In this document: positions 28,303-42,673 of the stretch, piece after piece
How the letters are laid out: each line of letters opens with the position of its first letter
Position numbering within the stretch: the stretch's first letter is position 1
Assembly: GCA_963769025.1 (NCBI GenBank)
Contig: CAVYKI010000004.1
Span: 1-64,000 of the forward strand
Origin: an uncultured Verrucomicrobiae bacterium
GTDB taxonomy: Bacteria; Verrucomicrobiota; Verrucomicrobiia; Chthoniobacterales; Chthoniobacteraceae
DNA: 64,000 bases
Reading direction: 5' to 3'
Position numbers and translations under genes: made by a program
Notes under the pieces: model-generated
What the model saw: only the letters and a program-made list of their open reading frames with translations
Told to the model about the DNA's origin: nothing
The model's database searches: none

Positions 28303-28939
28303 TTATTCCGCGAGCAGGTCGCGGTGCTTCAGCAGGTAGCCGATGCCGGAATAGAGCGTCAGCACCAGCGTCACGGCGGCGAGCGTCCAGCCGCCGTAGT
28401 GCCAGGCCTGCCACCACCAGTCGGCCACGCGCAGCGAAACCCAGCCCGCGCGTTCCCATTCCATCATCGCGAGCAGCAGGAGAAAATACCCGGCGGTGAG
28501 GATCTGCCAGAGCGCCTTGTGCTTTCCGAGACGCTCGGACTGGAGGATCACCCCGCGGCCCGCTGCGAGAAGCCGGCAGCCCCGTGATGAGGAATTCCCG
28601 GCCCACGATCACGATCGCCACCCACGCGGGAATCGCCTTCAGCGGCACGAGGCAGATGAAAGCCGCGGCGATCATCACCTTGTCGGCGAGCGGGTCCATC
28701 AGCTTTCCGAAATTCGTCACGATGCCGAGCTTCCTCGCGTAGTAGTCCGTCGAGATAGTCCGTCGCGCTCGCCGCGAGAAACAGCAGCAGCGCCGCGGTG
28801 TAGGCAAAGCTCCAGCCGCCTGTGTCGCGCTGCGGCCCGGCGCGTGCAGTCTCCTTCCACTCCGGCCCATCGTCATCGCCGCGACGAATGCCGCCGTCAT
28901 CACGAAGCGTGAGATGGTGAGTTTGTTCGGGATGTTCAT
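28303..28939 (-). CDS. pgsA: CDP-diacylglycerol--glycerol-3-phosphate 3-phosphatidyltransferase (frameshifted)
   Basis: MNIPNKLTISR, ARKLGIVTNFGKLMDPLADK, REFLITG, GKHKALWQ. Confidence 0.9.
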
Positions 28940-29078
28940 GCGGTCGGCCTCCGCAGGCGCGGGCCGCGCAGTGTCACCGCCGCGCGCTTTCCCACAAACC
29001 AAAAATGAAACTGATTGCCACGACGTCGGGTGACCGGCGCGCTTGTCGCACCCGCCGCGCGACGCGTAGCTTCGCGTG

Positions 29079-30660
29079 ATGCCGCCCGGTTGCCTCGCCT
29101 TGATTTTGCACGCGCACCTCCCGTGCGTGCGGCATCCCGAGCATGAGGAATTTCTTGAGGAGGACTGGCTCTTCGAGGCGATCACCGAGACATACCTGCC
29201 GCTGCTGGATGCGCTGCACGGGCTCGCCGACGCTGGCACGCGCTTCCGTCTCGCGATGTCGCTGACGCCGACGCTGGGGCACATGCTTTGCGACGAACTG
29301 CTCCGTTCGCGCTACGAGCGGCACCTCGATCGGCTCATCGCCATCACCGAAAACGAACTGCAGCGGAGCAAGGGCCGCCGTGCGGAGCAGCAGGCCGCGC
29401 GCTTTTACCTGCTGCGCCTGATGCGTGCGCGCGAATGGTGGACGCACCGGTGGAAGCGGGATCTCGTCTCCGCGTTTCGCGCGCTCCAGGAGAGCGGGCA
29501 TTTGGAAATCATCGCGTGCGCCGCGACCCACGGCTACCTGCCGCTGATGCTCCGGACGGAGTCCGTGCGTGCGCAAATCACACTCGGCATCGACGCATAC
29601 CGCGCGATGTTCGGCTGCGAGCCGCGCGGAATCTGGCTCCCGGAATGCGGCTGGCGACCGGGCGTCGATCGCATTCTCGCGGAGGCGGGCATCCGCTGGT
29701 GCGTGCTCGATTCGCACGGGCTGATGCTCGGCAGGCCGCGCCCGCAACGGGCAATCTACGCGCCGGTGTTCGCTCCGGCGGGCGTCGCCGCATTTGGCCG
29801 CGATCAGGAATCCGCGCGCCAGGTGTGGAGCGCGACCGGCGGCTATCCGGGCGATCCGTGGTACCGCGAATTTTACCGCGACGCCGGCTGGGACATGCCG
29901 GAGGAGGAGTTCCGCCGCTTTTTCCCGGACGGTCCGCGGCGCTTCACGGGGTTCAAGATGCACCGCGTCACCGGCGCCGAGCCGAAGCAGTGCTACGACC
30001 GCGCGATGGCGCTCGGCCGCGCGCGGGAGCACGCTCGGCATTTTCTCGATGCGCGAATCCGCCAGCTCCGCCACGTGCGCACATTGATGCCGGTGCCGCC
30101 GGTCGTCGTGAGTCCGTTCGATGCCGAGCTGTTCGGCCATTGGTGGTTCGAGGGTCCGGAATGGCTGGCGGCGGTCCTCGATGGAGCCGCGCGCGTGCCG
30201 TCGGACATCCGGCTCGTCACGCCCGGCGAATACCTTCGCGAGTCCGACACCCACGAAGTGATCGAGCCCGCGACCTCCTCGTGGGGCGACGGCGGATTCC
30301 ACGCCGTGTGGCTCGATCCGTCGAATGCGTGGATTTATCCCGAGCTCCACGCTGCGGAGGAGAAGATGGTCTTCAGCGCGCGCCATTTTTCCAGCGGAGC
30401 CCCGGCCACGGAATTGGAAGAGCGCTGCCTGCGCCAGCTGGCGCGCGAGCTTCTCCTCGCGCAGTCGAGCGACTGGGCGTTTCTCATCCGCAACGGCACG
30501 GCACGGGAATATGCCACGCGCCGCGTGCGCGAGCATCTCGATTGGTTCGTCCGCCTGCATTCGCAACTCCACGCCGGATCGCATCGACACTGCGCTCTTG
30601 GAAAGTTGCGAGGAACGCGACAACTTCCTCCCGCGCCTGAACTGGCGCATCTATGCCTGA
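29079..30660 (+). CDS. GH57 1,4-alpha-glucan branching enzyme (DUF1957), frameshift near the 3' end
   Basis: LHAHLP, EAITETYLP, ATHGYLP, GIWLPECG, PFDAELFGHWWFEG, ELLLAQSSDW. Confidence 0.92.
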
Positions 30661-31953
30661 CCGCCGATTCGCCCCAGTTGCCTTGCTGCTCGCCCTCGCC
30701 CTCGGCGCGTTCGCGCAGGAAAGCGTGCCGATCATGTTCCTCCCGCCGCCGATGGAGGGCACGCTGAGCATCGGCATTTACAACGGCGCGGGGAAGCTCG
30801 TCCGCGTCCTCCATCACGAGGCCGCGCAGGAGGAATTCAAGGTCGGCGAGAACGGACTCGTGACGCGATGGGATGGCCGCGACGACGCGGGCCAGCCTGC
30901 GCCGCTCGGGAAATACAGTGTCAGCGGCTGGATGACGGGCAATCTGGGTGTCGAGGGCGTGGCCTTTCACGGCAATGACTGGATCAAGGAGGAGTCGCCG
31001 CGATTTGTCCGCGTGCTCGCGGTGAAAGGCGTGGGGCGCGACGAGGTGCAGGTCACGTTGCGCACGGAGGACGGCAAGGAGGAGACGCTCGGCTGGAAGC
31101 TTTCGCGTCCCGGCGATCCGCCCGTGCCGAATGATGTCGAGGCGGCCATCGAGGATGGGAAACTGATCGTCCGTCACGCCGGTGAAAGCGCGCCCGTGCT
31201 GTTCGCCGAGGGCGAAAGGCCGCTCACCTGCACGACCGGAAGCGGTGGCCGGGTCTGGGCGATCGTCGAGACGCCCGCTGGCCGCGAGGTCCGCGCGTAT
31301 TCGCCGGACGGCGAATTCCTCCGCCGCCTCCCGTATGAAAAAAACGAGCCGCAGCCGGTGCAGATCGTGGCCTCGCAGTGGAGCGAGATGATTTTCCTGC
31401 TCGATGAAAATGCCAGCGAGCAGCGGCTCCGCTCGCTCGCGCTCGGCACATCGGACCAGCAGTCCGCCGCCACCACGCAGGCGCCGGCGAAGTCCGCGTG
31501 GCGCATCACGTATCTCAAGCGCATCATCAAGTCGGACACCTTTGACGCGATCGCCCCGTTCCTCGGACGCGCGAAGGCCACCCAAATCCGAGCCCGTGGT
31601 GAAATTCCAGGTGCGCGCAAACCCGCTGCTCGGCGAACGCGAAGCCGGAGATTGCGCTGAAGATTGTCGTCGATGCGGAGGGCGCGGTCTTGAAAACGGC
31701 GGACGACCTTCCGCTCTCGCGGCTGACGATGGCCACGAACTTGAAATGGGCGACACTCGTGAAGGACGGGACTTCACTCGCGCTTTTTCAGGGCGACGGC
31801 GTCGTCGTCGAGGAATTCAAAATCGCACATCCCGAGAACCTGATGGCCTTCGACGCCGGCGATGTGGAACTCCGCCCGCCCGGCACCAAGCCGCGCACAT
31901 CGGCCAGCGCTCCCAAGCGCAAGAAGCCGCTGCGCCCCGGCGATGATTTGTAA
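30653..31953 (+). CDS. Secreted hypothetical protein with N-terminal FlgD-Ig-like domain (frameshifted near 31590-31660)
   Basis: Signal peptide; SIGIYNGAGKLVRVL...WDGRDDAGQPAPLGKY FlgD-type motif; continues into ORF 31690..31953. Confidence 0.65.
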
Positions 31954-31960
31954 TTCACGC

Positions 31961-32390
31961 ATGAGCACGCCCAATCCCCGCCGATTCGTCACCGCCGCAG
32001 AGAAGGTGGATTTCCAGTCACCGTGGACCATCGAGGAATGGCTCTCCCGCAGCGACATCGTGGACAACGAGCAGCTCATGCTCGTCCGCGCCAACATGGA
32101 GCCGGGCCGCATGCCATCCCTTCCACACGCATCCGACGCGCGAGGAACTCATCTACATCATCTCCGGCCGCGCCGAGCAATGGGTCGGGCGCGAACATCG
32201 CACGCTCGGTCCCGGCGAGATGGCGTTCATCCCGATGGGCGAACCGCACGGCACCTACAATCCGTTCCGCGAGCGCCTCGTCTTCCTCGCGATCCTCTCG
32301 CCGTCGAACGCCGCGGAGCCGGGCATCGTGGACGTATCCACCGAGGAGCCGTGGGCCTCGGTCCGCGCGGGCTTTCCGCCCTGCACGTAG
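31961..32390 (+). CDS. Cupin domain protein (frameshifted near 32112)
   Basis: HPFHTHPTREELIYIISG and GEMAFIPMGEPHGTYN after correcting one indel. Confidence 0.8.
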
Positions 32391-32393
32391 CCG

Positions 32394-34370
32394 CTACTCG
32401 GGCGCGAGCACTTCGTCCCAGCTCTTCAGCCCGACGATGGGCAGGGCAAACCGGAATGCCTCCTCCTGCGCCGGCGTGCCCGCCGCCTTGAAGCACTCGT
32501 AGATTGGGCGCTTCGTGTCCGGCGTCGCGATGCTGTCCGGTTTGCGGCGCCACAGTCCGAGGTTCAGCCCGCCTTCGTGTTGGTGATCCACGTGCCGGTG
32601 CAAAATGAACGCTTCGATCTCCGGCAGGCGCGCGATCTTTTCCCACGCGTAGCAAAAGCCCGCGGCCTGCTCGAGGTCGCCGCGCTCCGTGCCGTTCGAG
32701 TGAAATCCCTGCTCGCTCAAAATGATGCTGCGGCGCTGGCCGCGAAAGAGCAGTTCGGGCCGCCGGAAAAATGCGGCGAGCTGCTCGAGATTTTTGAACG
32801 TGATCCGCTTTGCGTCGGGTGATTGCGGCGCGGTTTTGTCCAGCCATGTGCGCGGGTTCCCGAGGTTTTCGGGATATGGATGATGCGCGAGATGCCAGTC
32901 GAAGTCGCCGCCCGTGCGCGCCACCCGCGCGAATTCCTCGATGAAGTAACGCCCCGGCATCGAGCGCCAGTGATCTGCATCGGGATCGATCGTCCAGAAA
33001 TGCGTGAGCGACATGTACACCCGCGCGCTGCTGCTCGCCCTGCGAATCGCGGTGTGCGCCAGCCTCACCTCGCGCTCGTATTCCGCGACCGCCGCGGAGC
33101 GCGGCATGCGCCCGAAATTGTGCCACTGCCAGTGCACGTTCACCTCGTTGCCGATGATGTAGCCGACGACACGTCCATGCTCGTCGTCCGCGCGCGAAAA
33201 CCAATCCGCGAGAAACTCGAACGCCGCGCGCCAGAGCCGCGCACCCTCGGGCGTCGAGAGATTCGGTGCGGCGATCCCGTTCTGCAGTTTCGTGTCGCGT
33301 CCTGGGTGCAGCATGCGTCCGTCGCGCTCGGCATTTTGCGAATGGATGCCCAGCATGATGAGATACACGTTCACGCCAGCGTCGCTGAGGCGCTTCACGC
33401 CGAGGCTGTCGAGGTAGCCGCGGCGGAATGCAAACGTCTCGCCGTCCACCTTCCACACCGGGCTGCCCGGCTTTTTCTCCCAGTCGAACAGCGCGCCCAC
33501 GCTCACATTCAGCGTCGCGTGCCGGATGCCAAGCGCGAGGGCGTCGTCCGCCATCTGCACTTGGATGCCTTTCTTGCTGCCGGGCTGTGGGAACGCCCGC
33601 GTGTCGCGCGAGATGGTGCCGAAGGCCTCCACGTAACGCGCCGCACCCACGGGCACGCGGCCAAGCACCCCGTGCGGTGTGAAAGCAACGAACCCGCTCG
33701 CGAGCCTGTCATGCTTCCTGTCAAAGCGGGGAAGGCTGACCTCATCCGTCGCGTCGCCCTTCCAAACCACCCGTGCAGCCGCTGCATCCGTGAAGGTCTG
33801 GTGAGGCTGGAGTTCCGCGATCTCCACCGGTCCGGACAGCCCGCGCAGCTTCAGCAGCAGCCGATCCCGCTCCGCGCGCACGGTTGCCACGCCGCGCGCG
33901 CCCGCTTCCTCGACAGCCGTTCGCGCAAGCACGCATTCGCCGGAAGTCGCGGGGAAATCCAGCCTCAGCCGCCAGCCCGCGCCCATCGGCGGCAGCGGCA
34001 CGCAGACGTGATTCCAGCCTTCTCGCATTTGGAAATGGACCGACTGCCTCTCGGTGTCCGGCCCATTGGAATAGAAAACCTGTCCCCAGCCTGCCACCGG
34101 ACTCCGAACCGTCGCTGTGAAGATCAACTGGCCCGTGCCGGAGTAATCCCCGCGGGGCCCGTGCATGAAGGGGTCCGCGCCGGAAATATTTACCACGAGC
34201 CCCTCGCGTGACGGCGTGAGCGCGCCGATGTCGTGCGCGGCGGTCCAGCCTTGCGCGTCCTTTTCATCGGTAAAATCGAATGCCGGAAGACCGGCAATCA
34301 CCTGCACCGGCAGGAATGCAAAAAGCAAAAACGTGATGAGCTGGAGCGGGTGCGCGACAGTCGGTTTCAT
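32394..34370 (-). CDS. DUF5722-like secreted protein, probable clan GH-A glycoside hydrolase fold
   Basis: SKKGIQV, YIIGNEVN, AHHPYP, ITFKNL, IILSEQGF, FILHRHVD. Confidence 0.75.
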   Translation of the reverse strand: MKPTVAHPLQLITFLLFAFLPVQVIAGLPAFDFTDEKDAQGWTAAHDIGALTPSREGLVVNISGADPFMHGPRGDYSGTGQLIFTATVRSPVAGWGQVFYSNGPDTERQSVHFQMREGWNHVCVPLPPMGAGWRLRLDFPATSGECVLARTAVEEAGARGVATVRAERDRLLLKLRGLSGPVEIAELQPHQTFTDAAAARVVWKGDATDEVSLPRFDRKHDRLASGFVAFTPHGVLGRVPVGAARYVEAFGTISRDTRAFPQPGSKKGIQVQMADDALALGIRHATLNVSVGALFDWEKKPGSPVWKVDGETFAFRRGYLDSLGVKRLSDAGVNVYLIMLGIHSQNAERDGRMLHPGRDTKLQNGIAAPNLSTPEGARLWRAAFEFLADWFSRADDEHGRVVGYIIGNEVNVHWQWHNFGRMPRSAAVAEYEREVRLAHTAIRRASSSARVYMSLTHFWTIDPDADHWRSMPGRYFIEEFARVARTGGDFDWHLAHHPYPENLGNPRTWLDKTAPQSPDAKRITFKNLEQLAAFFRRPELLFRGQRRSIILSEQGFHSNGTERGDLEQAAGFCYAWEKIARLPEIEAFILHRHVDHQHEGGLNLGLWRRKPDSIATPDTKRPIYECFKAAGTPAQEEAFRFALPIVGLKSWDEVLAPE

Positions 34371-34474
34371 TCGCCGGCATTTCGCAGGGCTCGGTGTCGT
34401 CCGTCAAAGGCGGACCGCGCAAACTTTCCCTCGACACCCTCTGTCGTGCGAAGCAACTTTCCGCCGCTTTATGT

Positions 34475-34551
34475 GCAGCCGTAGCTCAACTGGATAGAGC
34501 GTCGGTCTCCGAAGCCGAAGGTTGTGGGTTCGACCCCCGCCGGCTGCACCA
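34475..34551 (+). tRNA. tRNA-Arg (anticodon CCG)
   Basis: Cloverleaf: acceptor GCAGCCG/CGGCTGC, D arm GCTC/GAGC, anticodon stem TCGGT/GCCGA with loop CTCCGAA, T loop TTCGACC, encoded CCA. Confidence 0.97.
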
Positions 34552-34572
34552 GCTTACTCCCGGTCGAGTCCG

Positions 34573-35689
34573 TTACTTGCCGAGTCCGAGTTCCGAGGTG
34601 CGGTGGAGTGTCAGGCCGTGGGCCTCGGCGACTCCGGAATGGGTGACTTTGCCGTCGAAGACATTCAGCCCGCCGAGGAGGGTCGGATCCTTTTTAAACG
34701 CACCGGGGATGCCGTTGTCGGCGAGGGTTTCGATGTGACGGTAGGTGACGTTGGTGAGCGCCTGCGTGGCGGTGCGCGCGTAGGCGGCGGGCATGTTGGC
34801 GACGCAGTAGTGCGTGACATCTTCATCGACGAAAACGGGATCGAGATGCGTGGTCGGGCGCGAGGTTTCCGCGCAGCCGCCCTGGTCGATCGCGATGTCC
34901 ACGAAGACGCTGCCGGGTTTCATGACGCGCATCATTTCGCGGTTGATGAGCTTCGGCGCCCGCGCGCCGGGCACGAGCACGGCGCCGATGAGCAGGTCCA
35001 CCTCGGGGAGCATTTCGAGGATGTGCGCGGGGCTCGAGTAGAGCGTGTGCGCGGTGTGGAGCGTGATGTCGAGGAAGCGCATGCGCTCGAGATCCACGTC
35101 GAGAATCGTCACGTCCGCGCCGAGTCCCTGCGCCATGCGCGCGGCGTTCACGCCCGCGGTGCCGCCGCCGATGACGACGACCTTTCCCGGCAGCACTCCG
35201 GGCACGCCGCCGAGCAGCACGCCGCAGCCGCCGGTGTGCTTTTGCAGAAAATATCCGCCGACGAGCACGCTCATGCGGCCGGCGATTTCGCTCATGGGCT
35301 CGAGGAGCGGGAGGCGGCGGTTCACCTCGACGGTTTCGTACGCGATGCCGGTGATTTTCGAGGCGAGCAGCGCCTCGGTGAGCGGCTTGCTCGCGGCGAG
35401 GTGGAGGTAGGTGAAAAGGATCTGCCCGGGGCGCAGCAGCGGCCATTCGTCCTTGAGCGGCTCCTTCACCTTCACGATGAGGTCCGCGCGCTCGAAGACC
35501 TCCGCGTGCTTCGCGACGAGCTCCGCGCCGGCGCTGGCGTACTGTTCGTCCGGAAAACCCGAGCCGGCGCCGGCGCCTGCCTCGACGATGACCTTGTGTC
35601 CCGCGGCCCGCGAGCTGGTAGGCGGCGCTCGGGAGGAGGGCGACGCGATTTTCCTGCGCTTTGATTTCCTTGGGGACGCCGATGTTCAT
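34573..35689 (-). CDS. ald: Alanine dehydrogenase (frameshift near 35600)
   Basis: MNIGVPKEIKAQENRVAL, VKVKEP, LFTYLHLAA, PMSEIAGR, DIAIDQGGC, YCVANMP. Confidence 0.95.
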
Positions 35690-35778
35690 CCGAGAAGTTT
35701 ACCACGGCGGCGCGCCCGCTGCGAGAGTTGCATGAGTGCAGCGCTGGCAAAGTGCGCGGATCGGGTGAATATGGGTGG

Positions 35779-38272
<2,494 letters not shown>

Positions 38273-38279
38273 GCGGGAA

Positions 38280-38559
38280 CTCCCAGCGCCGAGTTGCCGT
38301 CGGATACGACGCGACGATGCGCACCCGTGCTTCTGCGGTGCGCAGGTTTGCGAGTTGCAGGACTTTGTCGCGGGACGTTTCCCCGGAAATGAGCGCGATG
38401 GCGCTATGGCGGTTTTTTTAGCGACAAATTCCAGCAGCGCCTCGTTTGCCTTTCCCTCCACCGCGGGTGCGGCGACCTTGATTTTCACTGCGTCACGGTG
38501 TTCGCCGACCACCTCGTTGCGCTTCGCATTCGGTGATGCGGAGCTTCAGCCGGCTTCAC
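38280..38559 (-). CDS. DUF167 (YggU/UPF0235) protein, several indels; ends approximate
   Basis: VKIKVAAPAVEGKANEALLEFVAK and ISGETSRDK fragments. Confidence 0.75.
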
Positions 38560-38561
38560 GC

Positions 38562-39237
38562 TCAGGGCTTCACGTAAACGCCGATGAGCGGACGTTTGGA
38601 AGGCTTTAGCGTGGTGAAGTCGCTGACGAAACCGGTCTTTGTCCGAAACTCGACGTGTCCGGCACCTTTTCCGCCATAGACGAGCACGCTGCCGAGCGGC
38701 GCCTTGAACGGGTCGCTGCAGGAAATCTTCCGGAAACCGTAATCGTTGGTCAAGTTCGGCCGCGGCTTCCTTGGCGTAACCGGTCTTGGGCCGGGAGTCC
38801 ACGACACCGGCGTCGAGCAATGCGTTCTTCACGTAGCGCCAGCAGGTGCCGCGGGAGTGGGCAAAGGCGCGCGCCGAGGCGATTTCCGCAGCGCGGAGCA
38901 TGCGGCTGTCGTAATTGCGAGTGGATGCGAGCGAACCGAAGAAGGAGAGGCTGCGCGATGGCGGCGCGACCGCTTCGCTCTTCTTGTAAAGGGATTCGAC
39001 CGGCTGAAGCTTTGCGATGTCGATCTTCTTCGGCGGAGTCTTCGCGTAGGACGTTTTCGATGCGGTGCGGGTGCTCGCCGTCTTTTGTGGTTGGGGCGTT
39101 TTCTTCGACGAGCTCGAGGTGGAGCTCTTCTTGCTCTTGCTTGGCGCGGTGGCTGCTTCCACCTGAGCAGCCTGAAGGACCAGTGCGGCTGCGGCTGCGA
39201 CAACGAAGAGTCTGATATGGCGGAATAAACGCATCAA
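38562..39237 (-). CDS. Secreted protein with Lys/Ser-rich linker and putative Cys/His (CHAP/NlpC-P60-like) catalytic domain; frameshift near 38750
   Basis: Signal peptide; GTCWRYVKNAL and APLGSVLVYGGKGAGHVE. Confidence 0.6.
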
Positions 39238-39349
39238 AAGGGCAATTTCGAGGCCGGAGGCTAGCGTTCTGGTTCAGGTCGTCAAAGCATTTGATCGGCC
39301 TTGCGGAAAATTGTTCCCGCCCCCATATCCGCACCGCTACGGTCCGCGC

Positions 39350-41432
39350 GTGCAATTGGAGACCCCATTGGCCGAACTTGAAGTGGTGCCGCCGAACCGT
39401 GCGCGCCAGCTCGAGCGTTTCGGCCTGTCGACGGTGGGCGCGCTGCTCATGCACTTTCCACGGCGCTACGAGGATCGCACGCAGTTCGACCGTTTCCCCG
39501 CCGAGACCGGCGACCGCGCGGTGTGCGTGTGCGGCATTGTGAAAAAGGCGACGCTGCGGCGGATCCGCGGCGGGCAGCGGATGTTCGACGTCTTGCTGGA
39601 GGAGGAAAACGCGGGTGCGTTCGGCGGGCGGCTCGTGTGCCGGTGGTTCAATTCGCCGTGGGTGGAGAAAATGATCGCGCAGGGGCACACGCTCGTCGTC
39701 CACGGGCGGCCGAAGCTCTCCGGCTCGAATGTCGTCATCGCGCATCCGGAGTTCGAAGTCGTCGAGGACGACGCGGAGCAGAGCATCCATCTCAAGCGCA
39801 TCGTGCCGATCCATCGCCGCGACGGAGGGGCTTTCGCCGCGACTGCTGCGGCGGATCATCTGGGACGTGCTGGAGCGGCTGGAGGACGATGTCGTGGAGC
39901 AGCTGGTCCCGCCTGCGCTCGACCGGATGCCGCGCGCGTGGGCGCTCCGGCAGATGCATTTTCCAAAATCGTGGGAGGATCTCGCCAAGGCGCGGAAGCA
40001 TCTCGTGCTGGAGGAATTTCTCGCGATGCAGCTCGCCGTGAGCGCGAAGCGCGCGGAGCTGAAGTCCGAGCGCGGCGAGCCGCACTGCGGGCCGGGTGAA
40101 CTCATGCGCCGCCTGCACGGTTCGCTGCCGTTTCCGCTCACCGGGGCGCAGCAGCGGGCCATCGCGGAGGTCCGCGACGATCTCGCGTCGGCGCGCCCGA
40201 TGAACCGCCTGCTCCACGGCGACGTCGGCTCCGGCAAGACGCTCGTGGCGATGAGCGCGATGCTGCTGTGCGTGGAGGCAGGCTTCCAGGCCGCGCTGAT
40301 GGCGCCGACGCAGATCCTCGCCGAGCAGCATTACCTCAATTTCCGCCGCCTGCTCGAACCGCTCGGCATCCGCGTCTCGCTGCGCACCGGCGCGCGGCGG
40401 GAGGACTCGGCGGACATGCCGCTGTTTTCGCCTCAAGGCGAAGGCGACGATTCACAGCCGCAGATTTTCGTCGGCACCCACGCGCTTCTGTATGAAGGCG
40501 CGGGGTTTTCGCGGCTCGGGCTGGTGGTGATCGACGAGCAGCACAAGTTCGGCGTCATGCAGCGCGCGCGGCTGCGCGATCAAGGCGACGGTGCCCGATG
40601 TGCTCGTGATGACCGCGACGCCGATCCCGCGCACGCTGACGATGACGCTTTACGGCGACCTCGATGTCTCCACGCTCGATGAAATGCCCGCCGGGCGCGG
40701 ACGCATCGTCACCGTCGTGCGCGTCCGCGGAAAAGCTGCCGGACGCGGTGAAATTCATCCGCGAGCAGCTCGACGAGGGACGGCAGGCGTACATCGTCTA
40801 TCCGCTCGTCGAGGAAAGCGAACGGCTGGAGGCCAAGGCGGCGACGGCGGAGTTTGCGAAATGGCGCGAACTGCTCGCGCCGATGCAGTGCGAGCCTGCT
40901 CCACGGGCGCGTGCCGCCGGAGGAAAAGGACGCCATGATGGCAGCGATTCCGCCGCGGCGAGACGAAGGCGCTCATCGCCACCACGGTGATCGAGGTCGG
41001 CATCGATGTGCCGAATGCGAACATCATGCTCATTGAGAACGCCGAGCGCTTCGGCCTCGCGCAGATCCACCAGCTCCGCGGGCGCATCGGCCGTGGCGCG
41101 CACAAGAGCTACTGCGTCCTCCTCACGCACCGGCAGACGATGCCGAGGCGCTCGAAAAGCTCCGCATTCTCGAGAAGACCGGCGACGGCTTCGAGATCGC
41201 CGAGGCCGACCTGCGGCTGCGCGGCCCGGGCGATCTGCTCGGCACGGCGCAGAGCGGGCTCGCGCCGCTGCGGCTCGGCGACCTCTTTGCCGACGCGGAC
41301 CTGATGAAGCTCGCCCGCAATCACGCCTTCCTCATCTTTGAGCGCGACCCGAAGCTCGAACTCCCCGAGAATGCCGGCTGCCGGACATTGCTCGCCGAAA
41401 ACCGCCGCGCCATCCTCTCCCAAGTCAGCTGA
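39350..41432 (+). CDS. recG: ATP-dependent DNA helicase RecG (multiple indels)
   Basis: [85 protein letters not shown]. Confidence 0.95.
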
Positions 41433-41434
41433 CC

Positions 41435-42586
41435 ATGCTCGATCCCCGCCGCCTTCTCCTGCTCCTCGTCATCGGCATTCTCGCCGGCTACGCGTGGTGG
41501 CGCTACGACCACCGCGACACACGGTACGTGAAGGAAAAATTCACGCCGGTGACCAAGCCGAAGCTCAGCCTCGACGACGTGAAGGTGCTCGCCGCGATCG
41601 ACGCGGAATACACGAAGCTCGTGCAGTCCGTCGTGCCGGGCGTGGTGAGCATCACGAGTTCGCGCACCGTCACGCAGCTCGCGCCGCTCACCATCGAGGA
41701 TCTGCTCATTGGCCGCCAGCGTTCGCAGCGCGCGAAGAGCACCTCGCTCGGCAGCGGCGTGATCGTCTCGAAGGAAGGCCACATTCTCACGAATCACCAC
41801 GTCATCGCCGGAATGACGGAGATCCGCGTGCAGCTCACCGACGGGCGCAATTTTCCCGCCGCGTTCATCGGCAGCGATCCGGCGACGGACATCGCGGTGC
41901 TTCGCATCGAGGCGGCAAAGATCGAGCCGCTGCCGCTCGGCGACAGCGATCAGCTGCGCGTGGGGCAGCAGATTTTCGCCGTGGGAAATCCGTATGGACT
42001 CGAGGAAAGCGTCACGCGCGGCATCATCAGCGCGAAGGGCCGCCAGACCGCGAGCGACATCTCGATCGAATACATCCAGCACGACGCCGCGGTGAACGAG
42101 GGGAACTCCGGCGGCCCGCTGCTCAACGTGCACGGCGAGATCGTCGGCATCAATTCCGCCATCTTCAGCCGGACCGGTGGATGGCAGGGAATCAGTTTCG
42201 CCATCCCGGTGAACTCCGCGCGCCGGGTGCTCGAAGCGATCATCAACCGCGGGCGCATGGTGCGCAGCTATCTCGGCGTGGTGATGCAGGAGATCACGCC
42301 GGCGCTCGCGCATAATTTCGGACTCGAGGACATGGATGGCGCGATCATCACCGAAGTGTCACCGGAGACGCCGGCTGCGCGTTCCGGACTGCGGCCTGGC
42401 GACGTGGTGCGCACCATCGACGGCAAGCGGGTGAAAGGCGTGCAGCAGTTGCGCCAGATCATCGTCAGCACCGATGTCGGCAAGGAATTGGAAATCGGTT
42501 TCATCCGCGGCGGAACTGAAATGACGACGAAGGCGAAGGTCGCCGAAATGCCTCCGGAAGTGAATCTCATGACCCCCGGCCGCTGA
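41435..42586 (+). CDS. HtrA/DegP-family serine protease (S1C) with one PDZ domain
   Basis: ILTNHHV, TDIAVL, GNSGGPL catalytic triad; C-terminal PDZ; N-terminal TM. Confidence 0.93.
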   Translation: MLDPRRLLLLLVIGILAGYAWWRYDHRDTRYVKEKFTPVTKPKLSLDDVKVLAAIDAEYTKLVQSVVPGVVSITSSRTVTQLAPLTIEDLLIGRQRSQRAKSTSLGSGVIVSKEGHILTNHHVIAGMTEIRVQLTDGRNFPAAFIGSDPATDIAVLRIEAAKIEPLPLGDSDQLRVGQQIFAVGNPYGLEESVTRGIISAKGRQTASDISIEYIQHDAAVNEGNSGGPLLNVHGEIVGINSAIFSRTGGWQGISFAIPVNSARRVLEAIINRGRMVRSYLGVVMQEITPALAHNFGLEDMDGAIITEVSPETPAARSGLRPGDVVRTIDGKRVKGVQQLRQIIVSTDVGKELEIGFIRGGTEMTTKAKVAEMPPEVNLMTPGR

Positions 42587-42673
42587 CGATCCGCGATTCC
42601 GGATCACAATCGTTTTACAACCCCCCCAGAAAATCCTGACAACCCCCGTCGCCTCCCGGCGAGACTCCCCACC

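Noticed and set aside
34475..34551. tRNA-Arg as an integration site for an island or prophage
   Set aside because: No integrase, no duplicated tRNA 3' end noticed, and host-like flanking genes.
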